Of a stretch of DNA of 64,000 nt, positions 55,743 to 64,000 are shown piece by piece. Numbering within the stretch: position 1 is the stretch's first letter; each line of letters opens with the position of its first letter. Location of the stretch: assembly GCA_020184695.1 (NCBI GenBank), contig JAANOX010000130.1, positions 1 to 64,000 of the forward strand. Direction: 5' to 3'. Below the pieces are notes generated by a model. That model saw only the letters and a list, made by a program, of their open reading frames with translations, was not told the DNA's origin and searched no databases. Both the position numbers and the translations under genes were made by a program. Origin of the DNA: Histomonas meleagridis 2922-C6/04-290x (taxonomy: Eukaryota > Protista > Parabasalia).

Positions 55743-57245
55743 TTAAAGATAAACAAAATTCTGTTCTTCGAAATCTTTAGCGAACGGATCCTCTTTAATA
55801 TCTTTCATTTCATAAACTCCATTAACTTCGTTTGTCTCATTCCAATCATTTACATTCACTTCCTGTGCCATTTCTTCTCTACATGACGAAGATGTTATTC
55901 TGTTTTTCATATATCGATTTATCAACACCAGTGCCACAACAATAATCACAACAACAATAACAACAGCAGCTACAATTGCAATTATTATTCCAATTCCGAT
56001 TTCCTTTTTAGTTTCGACTTCTTTTTGTTCCCCATATGAAAAGAAAAATGAAAAATATGAAACGTAACGAACAATTGTATATTGGTAATAAATGAATTCC
56101 GTCATTAAATGTGTATAACTTGAATCAAATAGGAAAAGTGTATATGAATATATGATTGAAGAAAATGTAATTGATAATGTTTGTATCATTGTTTGCGAAT
56201 TAGAAATTGTTAATAATGAATTATATGTTTCTATTTGTTGATGTTCATTTGTTTTTGTTAGTGGAACAATTGTTGTTAATGTCGATGATATTATATTACT
56301 AATTTCAATATTCGTTAATGTTATTGTGTTTATTAATGTAATCGTTTCCTTGATAGTGTTCGACAAAACATATGTTAAAGATCTTTGCATCATTATAGTT
56401 TCATCAAATAATGATACATATGTATTGATTGGCGTAAGTAATGGTGATAAAGTCATGGAATTCGTTTCGGTGAATGATTGTGTTGGTATTTGTGTTATTG
56501 ATGGAATATATGATATGGAATCTGTTGTTGTGTCTGTTTCAATTGATGTTTGAGATGGAATATATGTATAGGACGTGACAAAAGATTGTTCAGTGTAATG
56601 TAATATCGATTGTACACTGGTTGTAACAAGAGTACTTAAACCAAAAAGTTGCCCATAAGTCAGGATAAAAAATGTTGAGCTGCATGTTATCGAGTATGAC
56701 ATTGTTTTTGTGCTTTTCTCTATATGTGTCTGAGATTTGGTAGCAGAATTAGATAATGTATTTGATGACGTTAGAGCAGATGTTGAAACTTGAACCAACG
56801 AAGGAGATGAAGTGTCTGAAGTAAGAAACGATGTGCCATAGGATTGAGACATTGTATTAGATAAAGTAAGAGATGGAGAAAGCGTAGAAGAATTACTTGG
56901 TATATCAAAATATGAGAATGTATGCTTGCTCGAATATGAAAAAGATGGTGATAATGTATATGAAGTTACATTTATTTCTGTATATGTATTTGTGATTATG
57001 TAACTTCGTGACAATTCATTGATTTTCTTGTTTCCTTTTGCAAAAACTAAATTTCCTGAATTCAACTTCAAAGAAGGCGATGGTGATATAATTGAATCTG
57101 ATTCTCTTCCTAATTGAGATATTTTTTTGGTATAATCATATGGATTCGAGGACTTGCGATATATGATATTATGATTTTTTCGTTTTACATCTCCTTCGAC
57201 GGTGCTTACATGATAAAAGAACTCAACTATAATAAGAACATGCAT
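55743..57245 (-). CDS. Mucin-like S/T-rich single-pass surface protein with BspA/Pmp-type tail
   Basis: Possible signal peptide from ATG 57245, long S/T stalk, TM (IGIIIAIVAAVVIVVVIIVVALVLI), and an acidic tail EDPFAKDFEE. Confidence 0.75.
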   Translation of the reverse strand: MHVLIIVEFFYHVSTVEGDVKRKNHNIIYRKSSNPYDYTKKISQLGRESDSIISPSPSLKLNSGNLVFAKGNKKINELSRSYIITNTYTEINVTSYTLSPSFSYSSKHTFSYFDIPSNSSTLSPSLTLSNTMSQSYGTSFLTSDTSSPSLVQVSTSALTSSNTLSNSATKSQTHIEKSTKTMSYSITCSSTFFILTYGQLFGLSTLVTTSVQSILHYTEQSFVTSYTYIPSQTSIETDTTTDSISYIPSITQIPTQSFTETNSMTLSPLLTPINTYVSLFDETIMMQRSLTYVLSNTIKETITLINTITLTNIEISNIISSTLTTIVPLTKTNEHQQIETYNSLLTISNSQTMIQTLSITFSSIIYSYTLFLFDSSYTHLMTEFIYYQYTIVRYVSYFSFFFSYGEQKEVETKKEIGIGIIIAIVAAVVIVVVIIVVALVLINRYMKNRITSSSCREEMAQEVNVNDWNETNEVNGVYEMKDIKEDPFAKDFEEQNFVYL

Positions 57246-57996
57246 AAACCTATCTAAGCTTTTTTGTGAAACTGTAAAATCAATTTGTTGGTCCAACCAA
57301 TGAATTGCTGTTTATTGAATTTGGTTGAAAAGTTCAATGTCTTTTGTGTTCATTACGATCATTTTTGACAAAGTTTCTTTGATTTTTTGTGCCAAACCAA
57401 TGTTTAATTTGAATGCATAACTTTTGGTTACATTTTAACCGCATGGTCTTAACGGTTCAATTCAATTAATATTCCGGAATTTCTTGACAAAAATGATCGT
57501 CCAGCATTCAAAAAAGTATTCAAAAAACTCTTTGAAGTTTTTGCTGATTTTTTGAACGTGATTAAACATCGACTCATGTTAATGCAAAATCTGTTTGATA
57601 TGACATTTGTGTTTCATTATGTACTGTGGTAAATAGAAACGATACGCCCCAAAATGGTCATTTTTTCTAAACCTTCCATAACACAATAATTTGAAGCAAT
57701 TCCTTTGGTTCCATGCACCGTTTTTGATATCAACTTCAATTTAGAAGCATACGTTGAACAATTTTTGCATAAAACAATTATGTTATATCAATCTTCAGGG
57801 GTTTTACACAAAACAAACAAGCACAAAATAACATGTTACCTAAATCATAAAAACAAAAATAAGAGCTCTCAACTTACAAACCATCAAAATATTACCCGTA
57901 ATCCACGTACATAAATTTGTTGATTTTATGATACTTTAGAGTGGAATGCTCTACTTGCACAATTCTAATACACAAATCAAACATTAAAAAAATTTA

Positions 57997-58998
57997 TTAA
58001 TTATCAGTTTCCAATTGAGCAGCAACAGCGATTGGATTTTTACATTGTTTTTGAGCCTTCTCCTTTAGTGCTTCGAAATCATTTCCCCAATTTAATTTTG
58101 TAACAACATTCATAATTGACTCTTGGCAATCACCTCCAATGAAGAAATCAGATCCATTTCCGTAATCGAAAACGCCGGAATAATCAGCGTAAAACAGAGT
58201 TATAGCTGATCTTATCCAATTTCCAATAGTTCCGAAGAATCCGCTTTTTCCTCGGACAGGATCCATGTTAATTACATATCGCGGGACTTTGGCTTTGACT
58301 TTATTAACTAAGCCGGCAAACGGATACACTTGAAGAGCAGTTCCAGCGACGATTAATAGGTCACATTGTTCGAAATCATCTCGAAGGTGATCATAAAAAA
58401 TTTCTGGAAGATCTTCTCCAAAAAATGTAACATCTGGTTTGACGTGATTCTTGCCGCAGTTTGGACAGATGGGAACAACAGTTTCCTCAATTTGGCCTTC
58501 TAAATTTTCTCGATTTGGTGCAACTTGTCGAAGACATTCAGCAAAAGGAACTTCGGCATGGCAGTCTTGACAATGTGCTGTTGTTAGTGAGCCGTGGCAT
58601 TGAATAACTTTTTCTGGTGGAAGACCTGCTTGGATTTCTAGGCTATCAACATTCTGTGTATAATTGCGGAGAAGAATACCTTTTTCGTTGAGAAGAGAGA
58701 TGAAATAATGCATGTTTGTTGGTAAAGGCCAATCATCTCTAGGCCAAAGTTTATTAAAAATCCACCAGAAAGGTTTTGGATTATCCATAAAAACATCTAT
58801 GTCAAAAACAAAAGTTGGACTTCTAAATTTCAAATGTGTCATCTCTTTAATTGATGCATATAAACCTATCTTTGGTGATCTAAAATCAGGAATTCCTGCA
58901 GCAGTGGAAATGCCAGCACCTGTCATTACTATAACATTTCGAAATTGCCCTGATTGAATTTTATTTACTAAATTTTCGATTGCTTCTTGTGATTCCAT
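57997..58998 (-). CDS. Sir2-family NAD-dependent deacetylase (SIRT2/Hst2-like)
   Basis: GAGISTAAGIPDFRS, YTQNVD, CHGS, two CxxC Zn motifs, KPDVTFFGE, GTALQVYPFA. ATG at 58998. Confidence 0.95.
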   Translation of the reverse strand: MESQEAIENLVNKIQSGQFRNVIVMTGAGISTAAGIPDFRSPKIGLYASIKEMTHLKFRSPTFVFDIDVFMDNPKPFWWIFNKLWPRDDWPLPTNMHYFISLLNEKGILLRNYTQNVDSLEIQAGLPPEKVIQCHGSLTTAHCQDCHAEVPFAECLRQVAPNRENLEGQIEETVVPICPNCGKNHVKPDVTFFGEDLPEIFYDHLRDDFEQCDLLIVAGTALQVYPFAGLVNKVKAKVPRYVINMDPVRGKSGFFGTIGNWIRSAITLFYADYSGVFDYGNGSDFFIGGDCQESIMNVVTKLNWGNDFEALKEKAQKQCKNPIAVAAQLETDN

Positions 58999-59119
58999 TT
59001 TTTTATTTGGCAAAAAATTTTGATTGACACTTTTCAATTTTATGATATGGAAATACGTTAAAATATTAAAACTTTTTGAGAGCACAAATAACCGTACAAA
59101 CTGCTTCAACTCAGAGCTT

Positions 59120-59560
59120 ATGAGCGAAGAATTTGTAGACGAAATTATTTGTGAAGATAATAATAGCAAAAAGGAACTATCAAGAGTTGATAAAATTATT
59201 AACATACTCGAAGAAACTCTGCAAACAGAAGATTTTATTCAAAGTCAAGATGAATTTATTGATAAGAACTGTGATCTATTTGATGAAGAGGGAGATTTGC
59301 CTCCACAGTGTATGTCAATTTATAAGCAATTTGCACAATTAGTCGAAGATAAATTACTTTCTTCAGTTCAAAAAGTTTTTCCTGATTTCCAATTCGAGGA
59401 ACTTATGCCATGTGTTACAGCCAAAAAAGGAAGTGATTCTTTCGTGCATGCTGAAATTTTTGATCTATTGAATGCTCTTCTTGATTTCAATGAATTCCGC
59501 TCTTTTATGGCATCTTACAAGAGAGGGAAAGGCGTTAATCTTGAAATCTTGAAAGTGTGA
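59120..59560 (+). CDS. ARL2-binding/BART domain protein (ARL2BP/CFAP36-like)
   Basis: F...Q.EFIDKNC..FD...IY.QF..LVE..L...DF.EFRSFM pattern. Confidence 0.8.
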   Translation: MSEEFVDEIICEDNNSKKELSRVDKIINILEETLQTEDFIQSQDEFIDKNCDLFDEEGDLPPQCMSIYKQFAQLVEDKLLSSVQKVFPDFQFEELMPCVTAKKGSDSFVHAEIFDLLNALLDFNEFRSFMASYKRGKGVNLEILKV

Positions 59561-60089
59561 ACAATTAAACATAAAAGTTCATTTTCTGTAATTTTCAATT
59601 TTTTAATATTTCACAAATTATTGTTTGTTTACAAAGGATTGATGACCCTTGTTTCCAAGTCATGATACAATAATAAGAGTCGTCTCTAATTAATTGAATA
59701 TTTCCAAATATTATAATTAAATATCATATGATATTGAATTGTTTGTGATTATTTGAGGTATGCACTTCCATTTACATTTTTTTAGCGCAAAATATCATGC
59801 AGATCAAATTAATTATTCAACAAGTTGAAATCATATGTTCAAATCATACCGAAGGTCGTGGAGGAATATATAATAAAAGCGCCTCTCAGGTTTTGTTCAC
59901 GTTTTTAAAGCTAAAATTCTTTTTTCTGCTCCATTTATTGTTACAGAATTTTTCATTTATCGTTTATCCCAAAGTATACGATTTTGTAAGTTTGATCAAA
60001 TTAATGAGATAGAAAACGAATTTATTAGTGAACTTAAGTTTTTAAATTATTAAATGATTAATAAACAATTTTATTATCTAAATTTAGAT

Positions 60090-63000
60090 CTAAGCATAGA
60101 GCTTTGCTGTTGTTTCCTCTACAACCTTACCCAACGACCTTGCCAACGAGTCCAAATTCCTTTCCATCAACATTTTCAAAAATGCTGATACAGATGATCC
60201 TTCACAAGATAATAATAATGGAATCATTAATTGTTCTATCGCAGCCATACTTTCATTTCCAATCTCTTCATGATATGTTTTCATGAGCCATTTTTCGGAA
60301 TATTCTGGTGGTGATATTAATAATGATATTGCGAAAAAATCACGTTTTTCTTGTTCCACAAAAAATAGTTTTAAGCTAACCTCTGTTGGAACATTTATTG
60401 TTGACACGTCAAATGTTGATTCGTCTGAGAGATACTTTTTGAAAAATATAATATATTTCGAATATTCTTGGTTATCGATGTTCAAACCCTTCTTCAATTG
60501 AGGCTTTAGTTCATTTTCAAAGAAATTAATTTCTTCTTCGGATAAGATTCTAGGAACATAAGCGATTCTATAGTAGCATAAAACCAGAAACGATAGCAGC
60601 GTCACGACCGTTTGCGCCGATACAAAATTCATATGTTTCAATTCCATGAAGATAACGTTCGCCGCCGGTTTTGCATAAAGTAAAAAAACGTTTTCGTTAT
60701 CTCTTATTAATCTTTTCATTGAAGCAACTGCTAAATATCGAATAGGATCATTTACTTCAGCCTCATGTAATATGATTTCATATCTGTATACTATATTTTG
60801 AATTTTTTCTGATTTAAAATCGATAATTTTTATTTGTTCAATTTCGATTTTATTTGACTCAATTTTATCTTCAACAAAATCGAAATTATTAATTCGCATT
60901 AAATCTGGAACAACTATTTTATTAATTCGAGGCTGTGAAATATTTTTATTTTTAATTCTTTTTTGAATCACATTAAATTTTGGAAAATCGAAATCAGGCG
61001 AATAATTCATATCATATTTTGTCGTATTTAAATATTTAGATAAAGCAGGATGTTGTAAGCAATTACACAGTAAAGGTTTCTCAGTCGCGAAAGTATATAA
61101 CACATTATTAGCAAATTTTGAATTATCCAAAAAGTCAATATAACTCAAAGCTATCGGTATCTCACTATCAGTAAAAAGTGCCTTTGTGATAATGTTGGCA
61201 TTTTTTTGCGTATCGTTCACTGTAAAGTGTAATTTTGTATCGTCTGCGTTAATCAAAGAAATTACTAAAAACGATGAAATTCTAACCGCTCTATCGGAGC
61301 TCTCTAAGTAACCGATAAAATCTTCCGAACCTTTATTTCGATCTTCTATAGAAATATTTCTTTGTTTAATGATATTCAACCAATATTGAATATACTCATT
61401 AGGAAATATCTTTAAAAATGGATCGGAATTATTATAAGCACAATTATATATATTCACAAAAACATATTTTAAAAAACAAAATGTCGAAACATTATTAATA
61501 TATTGAAATGGGATTTTCGATATCCAATTATTTTGTTCGAAGATATTTTGTTCATTAATTATCATATCTTCTAAATAATTTGGGATCTTACATTGTAAAA
61601 ACGCGTTATTTGTAATGAATTTCATTTGAGCAAATTTTGTTATATATTCAAGTTGACTGTTTTCATCAATAATTTGTTGAATTCCTTCGTCGAATTCGAT
61701 TTTATCATAAATTTTCTCATTAAAAGTTGCGGACAAAAACTTTAGAATTATTTCATGGCAATTATTCGTTGCAAAAATCGCTGCACCAATAGTTTCAGGT
61801 GCAATTAATATTAATAAACAAGATAAAACTAATGCTTGAGTTCTTTGGATAATATCATTTGTAAAACAAAATTGTACAATCACTAATGACATTGTAGTGT
61901 TATCAATTATTGCTTTGTTATTATTAACTGTTTGATATTTAATAGCAGAACATAAATACGTATAAGCGAAATTGAAATAAATCGGATTCGATAAAAATTT
62001 CGATAATGATTCATCATATAATGGTAACCCAACATTAACATAATAATTAGGTAATATAATGTTTGTTATTTGTATTGGTAAATTACAATTTTGACTAACA
62101 ACAAATAGAATAAAATTATGTATTAATTCACATACTTTCGAAATATTGGAATCAAATTGCGTATAATTAAATACAATTAAATATAACGAAGTTAATCGTT
62201 CAACATTTTCTTGTGGTTGTTTTAAATGTATTTGTAGTTGTGTTAAATACCCTTTTAATAATTCATATGAATAAGAAAATGTCGGCTGATAATTATGTAA
62301 TTGTTCTTCAAGTTTTAATATTAATGAATTAAATTCAGGTAAACTTGAATTAATAAAGGAATTAATAAGTTGTGATAATTCATTTGTGTTTTGTTTAGTG
62401 GAATTAATTGACATGCGTGAATTAAAGATAGTGACAGCATAATTTTTATCAATACTTTCAATAACATGTAAAGCTTTTTGAAAGTCATTTGAATACTTTA
62501 CGGTGTTCAACGATAGGAAGCCGTTTAAAAACATTATCGTTTTTGTATCGGAAGAATTAACTGATTGGAAAAAAAATATGACTGATTGAAATAGACGTGG
62601 AATATAATGTGGTGCATTGTTTGATATATTATCAAATTCATTTAAAAATATGGTGCGGCCTTTCGGCATTTGTAAAAAATAAACTAATGACTCTAAGGCA
62701 CTAACAGAATAATTACGATTCGCAATGCTTTCCATATAACTGCTGGCATGTGATTGCATTTCACCAACTACGATCGAATCATTACTATCAAATTTAAAAA
62801 ATAATTCTGGAATTTGATCTTTCTTCGGATTGGAATAATGAAAAAGTTTAAGTCGGGTTTCAGCAGATAAGAGTGAGGGCTCAAAAAAATAATGTAATTG
62901 AACTCGAACAATAAATTGTGTGGTTCTTTCAAACCTACAAAATTCTCGTGCTCCTTGAACATCACGCAATAAAAGCTTGGCCATGATAATGGGTGGGCGA

Positions 63001-63308
63001 GGTTCTGTTAAATAACATTGACCAAAAATCATAAACATGGTGGTGGCTAATCCTTTCGGAAGTGTACCAGAATTCATAGATTCATTAAGCATATTATGTA
63101 TTTCAGGGATTTTAAAAACTTCTGGTCGTCGCTTGGCGACATAAAATAATTCTAAATGTGCAGACATGAATATAAAATCATGTTTTTTCTTTAAAAATTC
63201 AAATTTTGATCCAATGTATTTGATCATTTTAGGTGTTAGACTGTTAATTGGTAAAGAAAGCATTTTTTTTAAAATCTCAAGCCTCTCTCTGTACGAGTTA
63301 CCACTCAT
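60090..63308 (-). CDS. Large helical protein (~1070 aa) with a possible Integrator subunit 1 (INTS1)-like N-terminus
   Basis: The long ORF is certain. The family call rests on recalled similarity of LELFYVAKRRPEVF and PIIMAKLLLRDVQGAREF to the INTS1 N-terminus and is not database-verified. Confidence 0.6.
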   Translation of the reverse strand: MSGNSYRERLEILKKMLSLPINSLTPKMIKYIGSKFEFLKKKHDFIFMSAHLELFYVAKRRPEVFKIPEIHNMLNESMNSGTLPKGLATTMFMIFGQCYLTEPRPPIIMAKLLLRDVQGAREFCRFERTTQFIVRVQLHYFFEPSLLSAETRLKLFHYSNPKKDQIPELFFKFDSNDSIVVGEMQSHASSYMESIANRNYSVSALESLVYFLQMPKGRTIFLNEFDNISNNAPHYIPRLFQSVIFFFQSVNSSDTKTIMFLNGFLSLNTVKYSNDFQKALHVIESIDKNYAVTIFNSRMSINSTKQNTNELSQLINSFINSSLPEFNSLILKLEEQLHNYQPTFSYSYELLKGYLTQLQIHLKQPQENVERLTSLYLIVFNYTQFDSNISKVCELIHNFILFVVSQNCNLPIQITNIILPNYYVNVGLPLYDESLSKFLSNPIYFNFAYTYLCSAIKYQTVNNNKAIIDNTTMSLVIVQFCFTNDIIQRTQALVLSCLLILIAPETIGAAIFATNNCHEIILKFLSATFNEKIYDKIEFDEGIQQIIDENSQLEYITKFAQMKFITNNAFLQCKIPNYLEDMIINEQNIFEQNNWISKIPFQYINNVSTFCFLKYVFVNIYNCAYNNSDPFLKIFPNEYIQYWLNIIKQRNISIEDRNKGSEDFIGYLESSDRAVRISSFLVISLINADDTKLHFTVNDTQKNANIITKALFTDSEIPIALSYIDFLDNSKFANNVLYTFATEKPLLCNCLQHPALSKYLNTTKYDMNYSPDFDFPKFNVIQKRIKNKNISQPRINKIVVPDLMRINNFDFVEDKIESNKIEIEQIKIIDFKSEKIQNIVYRYEIILHEAEVNDPIRYLAVASMKRLIRDNENVFLLYAKPAANVIFMELKHMNFVSAQTVVTLLSFLVLCYYRIAYVPRILSEEEINFFENELKPQLKKGLNIDNQEYSKYIIFFKKYLSDESTFDVSTINVPTEVSLKLFFVEQEKRDFFAISLLISPPEYSEKWLMKTYHEEIGNESMAAIEQLMIPLLLSCEGSSVSAFLKMLMERNLDSLARSLGKVVEETTAKLYA

Positions 63309-63819
63309 CCCAACTAACCGGTAAATGTATTGAAATTTTGATCGGTAATATATTGAAATTATCATTTAGTAAAATAAAACATTTCGCCATTAATTTCTGA
63401 TTTCAATTATATTCCAAGAGTAAAACAAAATATTTTTTATTATGGGTATCATTAAAAGAATTTAAGTATCATTTGTACAGTTCTAAGGAAAATATATTCT
63501 TGAATTAATTAAAACAAGGCATTGTTTTAAAGAAAACCATTCGTGTGTAATAAACACATTACAATAAAAGCAAATAATATCAAAGAAAAAAATCAGGTAT
63601 TATGTTAAAAATGTATTATTTTTCAAAAAGCAAAAAAAAGGTATTTTATTTTTCAAACATTGCGTAATATGTTTACCATATTAGTAGTAGACAATACCTC
63701 ATTACCTTCAATAGAATGGAAAAAAAATTAATTAACGTACAAAAAAGACGTTAAATCACGTCATTTTACCCTTTTTAGCCAAAGAAAAAAGTGTTGGTGT
63801 AAACTATTCATTATAAAAA

Positions 63820-64000
63820 ATGTTAGCACCACTTCTATTTGGCTTAGCAATCATAAATAGTGGTGGCAATCGTGATTTCTACTCAATATTATCTCTTAGG
63901 CATGATGCAACAGAAAGAGAAATAGAGAGAGCTTTCCAAAAATTATCTCGTAAATATCATCCAGATAAAAACAAAGGAGATAAAAAAGCTGCTGAACGAT
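63820..64000 (+). CDS. Signal-peptide DnaJ protein (ERdj3-like), 5' part only; truncated by the window end
   Basis: MLAPLLFGLAIINSGGNRDFYSILSL...RKYHPDKN. This ORF is not in the supplied track. Confidence 0.88.
   Translation, partial: MLAPLLFGLAIINSGGNRDFYSILSLRHDATEREIERAFQKLSRKYHPDKNKGDKKAAER

Noticed and set aside
57481-57570. Kinase C-lobe tail fragment (LDKNDRPAFKKVFKKL)
   Set aside because: A single short motif with no other kinase subdomains nearby.

Overview
AT-rich, gene-dense eukaryotic DNA from a parabasalid protist (Trichomonas/Tritrichomonas/Histomonas relative). The species cannot be named from the sequence. The assignment rests on near-intronless genes, Inr (TCAY) and Myb-like M3 (AACGGT) elements just upstream of ATGs, BspA-type LRR and DUF3447-ankyrin families, a Tim17-family gene, and flagellar genes. 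About 35 coding regions are present, including RPL7, RPL19, histone H4, V-ATPase F, Sir2, RSP3, WDR60, CEP19, roadblock, an SPX-SLC13 phosphate transporter, a GDP-fucose transporter, an importin-beta and two kinases. There is one tRNA-Gly(GCC), a ~2000-aa repetitive coiled-coil gene and several decayed or frameshifted genes. The standout feature is a minus-strand ankyrin gene (25652-29164). All 14 ankyrin modules downstream of its N-terminal ORF are preceded, at the same position (after KD/KN, before TAL), by a stereotyped AT-rich spacer, 80 nt in 10 of 14 cases. The spacers have no conserved GT-AG or trichomonad branch-point signals but end in a 17-nt hairpin-like motif, while the 90-nt ankyrin modules stay open and consensus-like. 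This is a candidate non-canonical intron or recoding system. That the spacers are removed is inference and needs RNA or protein data.
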